This document shows positions 12,878-26,626 of a DNA stretch of 64,000 nucleotides, piece by piece. The position numbers and the translations under genes are program-made. The notes under the pieces are model-generated. The model worked only from the letters and a program-made list of their open reading frames with translations. It ran no database searches and was not told the origin of the DNA. Every line of letters begins with the position of its first letter. The first letter of the stretch is position 1. This stretch comes from Octopus vulgaris (Eukaryota), in NCBI GenBank assembly GCA_951406725.2, contig OX597819.1:14756001-14820000 (forward strand), given 5' to 3'.

Positions 12878-13999
12878 GAAAAATATATTCAAAACTCTGA
12901 TGACTGGATGTTAAAACTTATCTTAAAGCATAAAAAACAAGAAAGCATCATACTCAGTAACAAAACAGGCAAAAGAATACCTAAGTGAATTCCAAATACA
13001 ACAAATTCCAGAATTAGACGTACTAGAAACGAGCACAGAAAAAGCTAGGCGTATGAAAACCCGTGCTAAAACTGCTGCCTTAGATATTCTGAATGATAAA
13101 TGGCAAGAGAAACCTCTCAATGGCAAACATCCAAAGAGAGCTAATAAAGCCAATGTTGACAAGGGCCTCACCCATCAATGGTTAGTGTTTTCTGGCTTTA
13201 AAATCAGAAACAGAAGGGTTTATCATAGCAGCCCAAGATCAATGCCTACCTACAAAAAACTACCAGGCCAACATATTAAAGAACGGCAGCTTCCCAACAT
13301 GTCGTGTATGTAAACAACGAAATGAAACCATTGATCATGTTGTCTCCATGTGCAGTCTTGTAGCGCCTACAGAATATCTTAACAGACATGATAGAGCTGC
13401 ACAATATATTCACTGGGTAATTCGCTAAAACTTGGACTTGCCTCTTTATAAAAACCGGTGGGAACACAAACCACCTCCAGTGCTTCAAAATGATCACATC
13501 TCATTCCTCTGGAACTTCAACATTCAAACTGACAGAAAGATAGATGCAAATAGACCAGACATTATATTGAAAGACTTCAGATAAAAGTCATGCCTCCTCA
13601 TTGATATGATTGTCCCGATCGGCATAAATGTATCTGTCAAAAACTGAGCAAGTATAAAGATCTTGAAATAGAAATTGGCAAAATGTGGAACCTGAAGACT
13701 AAAACAATACCTGTTGTCTTAGGTGCCCTAGGAATAATACCAGAAATTCAAAAGATAGTGCTCATTGGAACTGCTCATATCCTACGTAAAATACTGTCTA
13801 TGTAATCTCAAATTTTAAAACAAGCACATAATTTTCTTATGGTTTCTTAAACATTCTCTAGAACAACACTATGTACAAAACCAAATATATGGCACCCTAG
13901 ACATAACACCAGCATGAACCTCTAACTTGTTGTCTCTTGAGATCTCTGGGTGAAACTAGGAGCCAACTTGTACAAATGTAAAGCAAAAGTCAAACATAC
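12876..13999 (+). mobile_element. R4/Dong-like non-LTR retrotransposon, 5'-truncated and disrupted (zinc knuckle plus restriction-like endonuclease)
   Basis: KWQEKPLNGK, SETEGFIIAAQDQ, CRVC..ETIDHVVSMC (CCHC), RHD, ANRPDII, LLIDM, KYKDL, PVVLGALG, IQKIVLIGTAHILRKILSM*; flanked by (AAT)n/(AAC)n. Confidence 0.9.
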
Positions 14000-14029
14000 A
14001 ATAATAATAACAACAGCAACAACAACAGC

Positions 14030-14115
<86 letters not shown>

Positions 14116-14124
14116 TAATAATAA

Positions 14125-14506
14125 TACATTGTTTTGTCTTGGTATAAAACAGATTTGCTTGTCAGTTGTTTGACCTTAACCAGTTGAGCATGTTCCTTGG
14201 TGACTGACGATATGTGCATCTCTGATCACGGGCATAAGTAGTGGGGGAGCATCATAGCCATGTGTTGAGAGGGATTCTTTGGGGTTTGGATAATTCACCT
14301 CTGGAAACATGGGTGTCTTGTTCAACATCCTTAACCAACCCTTATTCTGGGACCTTTTGGAGCGGTATGGGCTATTCGATCTGATGAAAATTCTAACTGG
14401 GCCCCACCTGGTAGGTCATGCGCTGATTTACCCTTATCAGATGGGTAGTCATGATGATATGCTGAGCTTCGTATATTTTGCTCGTGATGGCATGCACTGC
14501 TCTCTC
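14125..14506 (+). mobile_element. Non-coding (AAT)n-associated interspersed element, truncated and deleted copy
   Basis: Homologous to 15832-16437 and 40673-41208; flanked by AAT repeats. Confidence 0.8.
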
Positions 14507-14518
14507 AATAATAATAAT

Positions 14519-14732
14519 GCTTTCAAATTTTGGCGTAAGGTCAGCAATTTTCAGGAGAAGGGGTATGTCGATTTCCTCGACCCAGTACTTCACTGGTACT
14601 TTATTTTATCGACCCCGAAAGGATGAAAGGCAAAATCGACCTTGCCGGGATTCGAACTCATAACGTAAAGAGCCACAAAAGATAATGCTAATCATTTTGT
14701 CCGCCGCGCAAACGATCCTGCTAAACCACGCC
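14519..14732 (-). mobile_element. SINE family B (tail-2 type), diverged
   Basis: TCGACCCCGAAAGGATGAAAGGC core; similar copies at 1292-1412, 15240-15580, 16468-16648, 20575-20672. Confidence 0.75.
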
Positions 14733-15581
14733 ATTATGTCTTACACAGACTGGAACCCAAAAACACTTTTCGGGTGGAATATAGACAACGTAATAAGTTG
14801 CAAAATTTGCTTGTTATATCCCAGATGAGTGAAAGACAAAGTGGACATTGCTTGAATGGGGTGGTATGAAGGTTAACAATTAATTCTACCCCATTATTTC
14901 ACTGATACCCGAATGACCCACCCGAGCACTCATCTCACACATTGTTGTCTTATAAATGGGCAAGACACACAGGATACTTAGTAGTCTTAGATACATCATG
15001 CCTAAAACTATAGCACGTGATAGTCACGGTTGGAATACTTCTGATCATAATTCTCTCTGATCAAGTCTTATCATGGACTAGACAACAAGAAGTACTTTTT
15101 GTATACGGAAAAATGTAGAATGGATTTTGGTAGGATTTGAACAGAAAACGAAAAGGGACATAAGAGTAAAGACCACAGCATCAAATCTGCCGCTCTATCG
15201 ATTATTCCAACCTACAATTGACAACTAAACCATTTGTAATCCTTTTTATTTTAGCAACAAGCCCTGAAATTTAGGGTGAGGTGTTAATCGATTAGATCGA
15301 CCCCCAACGCTCAACAGGTACTTATTTTATCAACCCCAAAAGGATGAAAGGCAAGGTTAAACTGGACGGAATTCGAACTCAGAAAGTCAAGCCAGAAGAA
15401 ATGAATGAAGTATTTTGTACGTCGCGCTTGCGATTCTGCCAGCTCACCGCCTTTTAGACCATTAACAAAGGATGAAAGGCAAAGTCGACCTCGGCTGAAT
15501 TTGAACTCAGAACGTAAAGACAGACGAAATACGGCTACGCATTTCGCCCGGCGTGCTAACGTTTCTGCCAGCTCGCTGCCC

Positions 15582-15657
<76 letters not shown>

Positions 15658-15671
15658 GATAATGATAATGA

Positions 15672-15702
<31 letters not shown>

Positions 15703-15830
15703 AAGAAGAAGAAGAAGAAGAAGAAGAAGAAGAAGAAGAAGAAGAAGAAGAAGAAGAAGAAGAAGAAGAAGAAGAAGAAGAAGAAGAAGAAGAAGAAGAA
15801 GAAGAAGAAGAAGAAGAAGAAGAAGAAGAA
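15582..15830. repeat. Compound (AAT)n-(GAT)n-(GAA)n microsatellite
   Basis: Visible directly. Confidence 0.95.
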
Positions 15831-15831
15831 T

Positions 15832-16437
15832 TGCCCTGATGCAGTACCAGGCAGTGGGTCTCATGGCTTTTGATCTTAACTGATTGGAAGTGTTATCATG
15901 TACATGTTTTGTCTTGGTATAAAAGATGGGCTACAGCAAATGTTCAGCTCAATACCACACATTTGCTTATCAGTTGCTTGACCATAACCAGCTGAGCATG
16001 ACTGACGATATGTGCATCTCTGATCACGAGCAGAAGTAGTGGGGGAGCATCACAGCCATGTGTTGAGAGGGATTCTTTGGGGTTTGAATAATACACCTTT
16101 AGAAGCATGGGTGTTTCGTTCATCATCCTTAAACATTCTTATTCAGGGACCTTTTGAGCGGAATGTGCTACTCGACCTGAAGAAAATTCTAACTGGGCTC
16201 CACCTGGTAGGTCATGCGCTGTTTATCTTGATATGAGATCACCATGTCGCGCACATTTGGTTGTGATGCATGTGCCTGGTGTACCCTTATCAGACGGGTA
16301 GTTGTGATGGGTATACTGGGCTTCGTATATTTTGTGATGCATGTGCCTGGTGTACCCTTATCAGACGGGTAGTCGTGATGGGTATATTGGGCTTCGTATA
16401 TTTTACCCCAGTGTCACTTTGATGGCATGCTCTGCTT
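15832..16437 (+). mobile_element. Non-coding (AAT)n-associated element with internal ~71-bp tandem duplication
   Basis: Starts TGCCCTGATGCAGTACCAGGCAGTGG; 16261-16331 is repeated at 16332-16402. Confidence 0.85.
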
Positions 16438-16744
16438 AATAATAATGGTGGTGGTGGTGGTGGTGGTTTCCAATTTTGGCACAATTACATCGACCCCATT
16501 GACCAACAGGTACTTGATTTATCGACCCTGAATGGATGAAAGGCAAAGTCGATCTTGGCAGAATCTGAACTCAGAAGGTGAAAAAGACGGATAAGATGCT
16601 GTTAAGCATTTTGTCCGGCGTGATAACGAGCCTGCCAGCTCGTCGCCTGTGAAACCATTAATAATAAAAGTAATTTTATTTCTCTCTCTTGAAGTGAAAC
16701 TTGTAAACATGGCAACGATGCCGTTCAGTATTTGAAGGGGAAGT

Positions 16745-17087
16745 GTGTTTATGTGTGAGTAGCGTGTGTGTGCGTGAGTGTATGTATGTAGTGTGTGTGC
16801 GTTTATGTGTGTGTGTGTTTATGTGTGTGTGTATGTGTGTATGTATGTGAGTGTGTATGTAGTTTGTGTGTGTATGTAAGTATGTATATAGCGCGTGTAT
16901 GCGTGTGTGTGCGTGTGCGTGTGTGTGTGTGTATGTGAGTGTGTATGTAGTGTGTATGTGTGCGTGAGTGTGTATGTAGTGTGTATATATGTAGTATGTG
17001 TGGGTGTATGTGAGTGTGAATGTAGTGTATGTTTGTGTGTGCGTGTGCGTGTGTGTATGTGTGTATATAGTGTGTGTCTGTATGTGC

Positions 17088-17118
<31 letters not shown>

Positions 17119-17699
17119 TATGTAAGTGTGTGTAGTGTGTGTGCATGTGTGTGTGTATGTAGTGTGTGTGTGTGTGTGTGTGTGTGCGTGTGCGTGTGTA
17201 GTGTGTGTGTGTGTGTATGTGCGTGTGTTTGTAGTGTGTGTGTGTGTGTGTGTGTGTTTGTGCGTGTGTTTGTGTGTGTGTGTGTGTAGTCTGTGTGTGT
17301 GTGCGTGTGTGTGTATGTGCGTGTGTTTGTAGTGTGTGTGTGTATGTAGTGTATGTGTGTGTGTGTGTGTGTAGTGTGTGTGTGTGTTAGATTGATGGTG
17401 GTGCCAAGATAACTATGTATTGCACGAAGTAGCGAAAGTGTTTTAAACATGGCGTCGTGCCATTCAGAAAAGTAGGATCTGTGCGGAGAAGGAAGAGGAG
17501 AACGAGGAGGACGAGGACAATGGAGGAAGGGTTTACAAGAGGGAGGAAGGGGTTGCAATGGCGAAGGTGGAGAAGACGGGGGGGAGACGGGGGAGATGGG
17601 GGAGATGGAGGAGATGGGGTAGGCAAAAATTAAGAAGAACGAGCAATGGATCAGAGGTTGTAGGAAAACACTTAAGATATAATAACATGGAAGAAAACC

Positions 17700-17733
<34 letters not shown>

Positions 17734-18388
17734 AACACACACACACACACACGCACACACACAGATACACACATACACGCACACACACACACACACACGC
17801 GCACACACACACACACACATATTCTTTTCTTTTACTTGTTTCCGTTATTTGACTGCGGTCATGCTGGAGCACCGCCTTAAAGGGTTGTAGTCGAAGAAAC
17901 TGACCCAAGGAATTATTCTTTGCATACGAATGCTTCTATGTGTGTGTGTGTGTGTGTGTGTGTGAGTGTATATGTGAGTGTGTATGCAGTGTGTGTGTGT
18001 ATGTGAGTGTGTAAGTAGCGCGCGTGTGTATGTGTGTGCGTGTGTGTATGTATGTGTGTTTATGTAGTGTGTGTGTCTTTGAGTGTGTATGTAGTATGTA
18101 TGTAGTATGTATGTATGTGTGTGTATGTAGTGTGTGTGTGTATGTGAGTGTGCATTTAGTGTGTATGTGTATATGTAGTGTGTGTATATGTAGTGTGTGT
18201 GTATGTAGTGTGTGTGTATGTAGTGTGTGTGTATGTAGTGTGTGTGTATGTAGTGTGTGTGTATGTAGTGTGTGTGTATGTAGTGTGTGTTATGTAGTGT
18301 GTGTGTATGTAGAGTGTGTGTATGTAGAGTGTGTGTATGTAGTGTGTGTGTATGTAGTGTGTGTGTATGTAGTGTGTGTGTGTGTAGG
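16745..18388. repeat. GT/CA-rich cryptic microsatellite blocks including a ~15-bp higher-order unit (ATGTAGTGTGTGTGT)
   Basis: Visible directly; periodic unit clearest at 18170-18375. Confidence 0.85.
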
Positions 18389-18726
18389 TGATGAATGCTT
18401 CTTTGCGTTGAACAGCAAAGCTGCACTCTTTGCTTTGTTATAATTAAAGACAGAGACAACCAACAGCTCTTTCCAGCATCCTCCATATAAAGATGCAAGC
18501 AAAATGCCGTGTGACAGTGAAAATAAATTTTATTGCTGACGTTTTGGTCTGCAACCCTTCATCGAGAAAAGTAAAAAGAATTCTATTTTCCGAAATGTTT
18601 CAGACGTAAACTCTCTTCGCTTTCCTTCGATTCTATAGAAATTCTAAATGGTGAACCAAGAAAGAAAAGTGTAGGTGGCTTCTTGGTTTGCTAAAAATAG
18701 CAGTTAATTCTTCTGTTTTCCTTTAA

Positions 18727-18949
18727 CCCATTAAGTCCCGCTGTCCTGTAAATAGGACACCAAATGAGAACATTAAATAAGCTATATCACATTGTCTCAG
18801 TGTCCTATTTATAGGACACCGAGTATTTCCATTTCTACTTGAAGTAAAGGAGTTTTAATAATTATTTTTTTCATTTTAACCTATTTTCAATCATCTGTAA
18901 AAATTTAAAAGTTATATTCAGAAATTTAAGTACTCTGGGACTTAATGGG
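18727..18949. mobile_element. piggyBac-type MITE (223 bp)
   Basis: Perfect 13-bp TIRs CCCATTAAGTCCC/GGGACTTAATGGG; TTAA on both sides (18723-18726, 18950-18953). Confidence 0.85.
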
Positions 18950-19287
18950 TTAAAAAGAAAGATAGCTCATATTGCGGACTTAAATGTATTATGCTTGAAT
19001 AAAGATGAGTTGGTCACAACTGGAACGCGATGATTCAAGTTTTACTGAAGCCATTGTGTTGAACATGGGTTAAACAATATCAATAACTTGCTAGAGACAG
19101 CAACGAAATCTCCTTGTCATATTAAAAAAAGAAGGCAGGATATATTGTAGTGTTAGATGCACTATTCGAATAAAGATAGAGTGGTCATAATTGGAGCGCC
19201 TCTTATTCTAGCTCTGTTCAACTGTACTGACAATCAAAATGGCTGAACCTCTAAACATTCGCCAATTAGTGACGTATCCATCTCCCT

Positions 19288-19452
19288 AAAAATAGCATCC
19301 AAAACTTTCCTCAAATCACGAAGCTACCATCTTTAAAAACTAGCGGAAGAGTACCTCGGATCATTACAACTGAAATGAGACGGGACAGTCGTGGATGGAA
19401 TGCATTTGAGCATAAATCTGTTTAATGAAAGCCGAGTTGTCTCTAAACAACA
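19288..19452 (+). mobile_element. Old diverged interspersed repeat (family D, SINE-like 3' part)
   Basis: AATAGCA.CCAAA..CCTCAAATCAC..CTACC.TCTT...GGAATGC.TTTGA.CAT...AAACAACA; similar segments near 6680-6780(-), 14930-15090, 31780-31950, 43960-44090, 57330-57530(-). Confidence 0.5.
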
Positions 19453-19502
19453 GCTACTACCACCACCACCACCACCACCACCAACACCAACACCACCATC
19501 AA

Positions 19503-19539
<37 letters not shown>

Positions 19540-20680
19540 GTAAACAGGTGTAATGAGTTTAGATATTCTCCATTTGGTGAAACACCTTCCACCGGGTCTC
19601 TACATCTCTCGGCTATGTTATCGTTTTGCCTAAAAAGCCCCAACAGGCTTTTTCTTTTTAAAGGTTTGGTTGTTAGATCCGGTCTTGTTGACGCTAAACA
19701 GATGGTAAATAGATTTCCATAAACAGGAAACCGCTCTACCACATGTAACATTTCCCCGACGATGTGTTACCAGTTCCCGACAGTTAGCGGAACTGAAGCG
19801 TGGAGAAATAAATGCACCGTCTCCACAAATTACACATCTGCAACGGGTTTGAACTCAAGACCTTGTATTCGGCAGTCGAATGCTATATCCTATCGGCTAC
19901 TTCTATTGGGAGAGACGAAAAGCTTTAGAAATTGCATCGTCATGCAATAGGGAAGAATAGAGAAACAAGGGAATTGAGAGAGATTGTTGATGTTGTTATT
20001 GCTTTTGTTGTTTAACGTCTGCTCCGAAGGAAAATATCCCGGTGAAGTGTTCTGTGTGCTAAACACACGACTGGTAGATTTTCCTATTTGTAAGTATAAG
20101 GGTTGAAACACATCAACTAACGAAGGTTATCATTGCAATTAGGTGGCAAAAACTACCCCCGGAAGTGGTTAAAATCTAAAATAAATATGAGACAAGAGAA
20201 ACAACTCCAATACTATTAGTTACTCCAAAATTTTGTAAAATAAAGACAAATGTAGTTTGGAATGGATATCATCTTTAAAAACAACTGGTGAAAGAAACAG
20301 GCATGTTTCGATCTTGTTAGGCCTCATAAGCGAAATATATTTATATCGGTAGGTGAGACTTAAAGATTATCAAAATAAATAGAAACATAGGGTTATCAGT
20401 GGCATAAATTATGAAGATTGAAGATCGACAACAGGGCTAAAGCAAAATGTCTCGAGGATGGGGCGCTCTGCTTGCTAAATATAAATGAGGGCGAGTCTGG
20501 TAATATATACGAGGTGGACTAAATAATGGAACTATCACATTTTATTGAACACTTTTTCTGTTGACCTCTGTTGCCCTCGGCGGAATTTGAACTCGGAACA
20601 TAACATAAAGACAGATGAAATACTGCTAAGCATTTTGCCCGGCGTGCTAACAATTCTGCCAGCTTGCCGCCTTAATAATG

Positions 20681-20754
<74 letters not shown>

Positions 20755-21019
20755 CTAAAAACAGAAACAATTCCTATCATAGTAGGTGCATTAGGCATGA
20801 TAAAAAAATATTCAGACAAATACATAACAAAAACACCAGGACTTACAAACACATATAACATACAGAAAATTGCACTACTAGGCACTGCACACATCCTACG
20901 CAGAACACTTTCCATACAATAACCATCAGAGCATCACAACAAATCACAGCACATACCCCAAGGCACACAGAGCTGCGCTCGGTAGTGAAGTGAAAGCACG
21001 CTATAAAAATAAAACTACG

Positions 21020-21020
<1 letters not shown>
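20755..21020 (+). mobile_element. R4/Dong-like LINE extreme 3' end inside (AAT)n
   Basis: LKTETIPIIVGALGMIKK...IQKIALLGTAHILRRTLSIQ* plus 3' UTR; (AAT)n on both sides. Confidence 0.88.
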
Positions 21021-21084
<64 letters not shown>

Positions 21085-21086
<2 letters not shown>

Positions 21087-22450
21087 GAGCATCACAGTAA
21101 AATGACATAAGACAGCGATTAAAGAACATGTGATGAAGCGCGTAACAAGAGAAAAGGACAAGAATGAAATACAAAGAGAGCAAGTCAGATAGATTGAAGA
21201 GAAACCTGTGCATTTTGGAGAGCCACTGAAGACGTATGTGGAACAAAATCCTGGGCTTGATTAAAAAAGGGGGCAGTTTATAAAGGAAACAGAGAACCTA
21301 ATTGTAGCAGCCTAAGATCAAGCGATAAAAACAAACAACTTGAGAAAAAAAATATATTTTTTCTTCTTTTTTTCTTTTTCCTTGTTTCAGTCATTTTGAC
21401 TGCGACCATGCTGGAGCACCGCCTTTAATCGAGCAACTGACCCCGGGACTTATTCTTTTGTAAGCCCAGTACTTATTCTATCGGTCTCTTTTGCCGAACC
21501 GCTAAGTAACGGAGACATAAACACACCAGCATCGGTTGTTAAACAATGCTAGGGGGACAAACACAGACACACACACATATATATATATACATATATACGA
21601 CGGGCTTCTTTCAGTTTCCGTCTACCAAATCCACTCACAAGGCTTTGGTCGGCCCGAGGCTATAGTAGAAGACACTTGGCCAAGGTGCCACGCAGTGGGA
21701 CTGAACCCGGAACCATGTGGTTGGTAAGCAAGCTACTTACCACCCAGCCACTCCTATGGAGATAATGTTTCAGAAAAATGTAGAGCCTATGGAACTTGGA
21801 ACGAAATAGTGGCACACGCTGTGGTAGAATGCCCCAAGTTGGCACAGGAAGAGTATAAGATATAGAGGCACCACTAGGTTGTGAAAGTTTTACACTGGAA
21901 ACTGTGCCAGAAATGGGGATTTGAAGCTGGGAATGCATGGTACAATCATCGAGTCAAATGAGTTCTGGAGTCGGAGAAATGTAAGATTTTGTAGGACTTT
22001 TCTATTCAAACGGACAAGAAGTCAGAAAATAATAGACCGGACATAACAATTATAGATAGGAAAAAGCAAAGTTGCTTACTAATCGACCCATCATGTCCAT
22101 TTGATTCCAAGATCGAATATAAAGAGGGCAAAAAAAAAAAATGCAAATCCTTCAAATTTGAAATAGGAAAAACTTGGAGTATCAGAACTGTTAAGGTCGT
22201 GCCTGGTAATTGGTGCGTAGGGAACAGTAAGCAAAGATATAGACGAATGACTGAAGGAGATTGGAATAGAGGGCCCGATAGAGCTCCTACAGAAAATTTG
22301 TCTCTTAGGGACAGCAAGGATTATCAGGACGGTTCTAAGCACTTGAAAGACTGTTGAAAACTTGGGGATACTTAAGGTTTACAGGTGGTAACCCGCTACC
22401 CACATAAATCCTTCCAGGAATAAGACTGAACCTAAGTCAAACCAATTAGT
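21085..22450 (+). mobile_element. Third R4/Dong-like LINE remnant, interrupted by SINE-A
   Basis: KETENLIVAA*DQAIKTN; DFSIQTDKKSENNRPDITII...LLIDPSCPFD; LLQKICLLGTARIIRTVLST*. Confidence 0.8.
21372..21756 (-). mobile_element. SINE family A
   Basis: Full head, core and tail homology. Confidence 0.9.
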
Positions 22451-22457
22451 AATAATT

Positions 22458-23558
<1,101 letters not shown>

Positions 23559-23633
23559 TTACAGTTGGTTGAAGAAAATCTTCTATCGCACAAGATCATT
23601 TATGCAATTAGTATCATTAGTCCGAAATATATG

Positions 23634-23685
<52 letters not shown>

Positions 23686-24271
23686 TGTGTGTGTGCGTGT
23701 GTGTGTACTATTTTTATTTTCTAAGCCTGGTACTTATTTTATTGGTCAGTATTGCCGAACTGCTAAGTTATGAAGACGTAAACACGCACATACTGGCTGT
23801 CAAGCTGGGGAGGGGTGGAAAACAGACACAATTTACGCACACACACACACAGGACATATATGTAAGTATATTTGTGTGTGCATATGTGTGTGTGTGTGTG
23901 TGTGTGTAAAATGGCCTTTCTTTTTTAACACGCTATGGTATAATGTGAAATGGTATTTGGTTGCTATTTCTTGCAAACGGATCGACCGGGTAGCGGTGAC
24001 CTGGTTTGGTGCCTGTCGTGTGCCTGTCGTGTTGGATGGCGTGTGTCTTTCTTCCTTCCTTCTTTTCTCTCTTCCTACATTCCATCCCTCCTCCCCCTTC
24101 TCTTCCACTCATTCTTCCTCCCCCCCCGTCCGTCTCCTCCTCTTCCCTTTCTCACCGCACCCTTATCACACATGACCCCTTCCTTACCCAGACGTCATCG
24201 CATTACCACCCTCACCTTCCTACCGCCTCCAACAACCAATTCTACTCTTCTTCTCGGTCTCCGCCGCCGCC

Positions 24272-24365
24272 GCCACCCTTGCCACCCACCGCCACCACCT
24301 TTGCCACCCACCGCCACCACCCTTGCCACCCACCGCCACCACCCTTGCCACCCACCGCCACCGTC
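24272..24365. repeat. ~21-22-bp GC-rich minisatellite (CCTTGCCACCCACCGCCACCAC), about 4 units
   Basis: Visible directly. Confidence 0.85.
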
Positions 24366-24526
24366 GCCACCTAGCGGCAAAACACAGTGTAGAAACAACA
24401 GGTCTAAACGACGTCGTTGTCAAAGATATAAGACACACTCCGCGAAACCCCGCCCACAACAGGCTCGCACTTGACGGCAGAGGCTCCACGTCTATGTGTG
24501 TGTGTATGCGTGAATGTTTATGTGTA

Positions 24527-24577
<51 letters not shown>

Positions 24578-24628
24578 GTGAATGTTTATTTTTATGTGTG
24601 CGTTTACATGTGTGTATGTAAGTGTGTT

Positions 24629-24663
<35 letters not shown>

Positions 24664-24938
24664 CTGTTACTAACCTGTCTACATCAAAAACCGATCAACA
24701 TTACATTCTGTCTTCCACGGTTCATCCTCGATTCCACCTACCTACCCGTCTCCACATACCCGATACCCGTTACAACCACAAGCAGATGGTTATTTGACAC
24801 CAAACTATTTGTCGACAGAAAACTGTTTTGAAAAATCTTGTTTTTCTACAATCACACGAGGCAATCCCTCTCACACAGGCTTTTGTCTTTGGTTTTTTAA
24901 AGGTTTCCAATGCGCGCACACACGCACACACACACATA

Positions 24939-24976
<38 letters not shown>

Positions 24977-25122
24977 TATATATATATATATATACATATA
25001 CAGAAACACACACACACACAAACACAAAGTCTCTCTTTCTCTCCCACATGCACAAGAACACATACACATAAACACACACAAGCACCCACACTCACACACA
25101 AGTACATTTCTCTCTTTCTCTA

Positions 25123-25195
<73 letters not shown>

Positions 25196-25686
25196 TACAC
25201 ACATAGTCTTTCTGCCTCTCTCACACGCATACACACACACACAGTCTTTCTGCCCCCTCACACACGCATTCACTAAAATACACATACACACGCATACAGA
25301 CACACATGCACATACACAGTCCTTCACACATAATTAACCAGTGTGTAGGTATGGCAATATCGTTAGAAAGTTCGCTTCGTGACAACAAGATTCCTGGTTC
25401 GATCTCGGTGCGAGACGTCTTTGACAAGTGTCTTCCCTTCATAGATTTGAGTTGACCAAAACCTCTGAAATAGAACACTTTCGTTACGGAACCCAACAGA
25501 AAGTCCATCCCGCGCGCACGCGCACGTGTATATGTGCGGGCGGGCGTGTGCATTTATGTTTGTTTGTCCCCCCCTCCACTTTTTGACAACCGGTGTTGGT
25601 TTGGTTACACCTTCGTAACATATCGGCTAAGCAGAACCAAAACGACAAAAAACAATAGAACTGGGATTGATTTGGTCAACAAAAAC

Positions 25687-25975
25687 CAGTGGTCTCCAAA
25701 TTTTGTCGGGGTGCTGTCCCTTTGGCACTCGGGCCACATTCCTAGCGCCTCACCACCACCACAAACGTAGACCACATTCTGCAGCAAATTCCAAACAGGA
25801 GTATTTCACGAATAAAACTTAACCTATAAACGCAGAAATGGTTGTGTGGTAAGAACCAGCTTCTTACCACATTTTTCCGGGTTCAGTTCCACTGCGTGGC
25901 ACCGCGGGCTATAGCCTGGAGCCGGCTAAAGCCTTGTGAGTGGATTTGGTAGACGGAAACTGAAAAAAGCCCGTC

Positions 25976-26072
<97 letters not shown>

Positions 26073-26081
26073 ATATTTGTG

Positions 26082-26116
<35 letters not shown>

Positions 26117-26481
26117 TGTGTCTGTGTCTGTGCTTGTCCCTTCACCATCGCTTGACAACTGATGTTGATGTGTTTACGTCCCCGTAACTTAACGGTTCGG
26201 CAAAAGAGACCCGACAGAATAAGTACTACGCCTACAAAGAATAAGTCCTAGGGTCCGTTTGTTCGACTAAAGGCGGCGCTCCAGCATGGCCGCAGTCAAA
26301 TGACTGAAACAAGTAAATAAATGAATAAATAAATAATTAATCCGTTATTTTTTTCGGGGTTGTTACATCTATCGCCCCCTTTTCGCCACACTATGATTGT
26401 CCCACTTTTCTTCAACGTCCCTCTTGATCTTCCCGCCGTCCACAGGAAAGGCGTCAGTATCGCCCACTTTCGGAACCACTG
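25687..26481. mobile_element. Possible hAT-type MITE interrupted by SINE-A
   Basis: Ends CAGTGGTCTCCAAA and TTTCGGAACCACTG are imperfect inverted repeats; no clear 8-bp TSD. Confidence 0.3.
25831..26325 (+). mobile_element. SINE family A with expanded internal (TA)n/(TG)n
   Basis: Homology to family A. Confidence 0.88.
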
Positions 26482-26626
26482 AATTATACCCTTCAAGGTA
26501 GAATGGCTGCAGTCTAATGATTGAAGCAAGTAAAAGCGCATACAACACACTGAAGCACACGCAGACGCCCTTGGTCCAACAAACAAAACCTCAAAACATT
26601 TTGAATGTTGTTTCAACATATACAAA

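Noticed and set aside
16803-17816. 337-aa ORF and the many YI/HT/CV/poly-residue ORFs
   Set aside because: Translations of microsatellites that lack stop codons; no domain content
19540-19790. LINE RT relics (also 3830-4480, 42060-42225, 48130-48330) and a mariner end (59945-60110)
   Set aside because: Only faint motif resemblance; too degenerate to call
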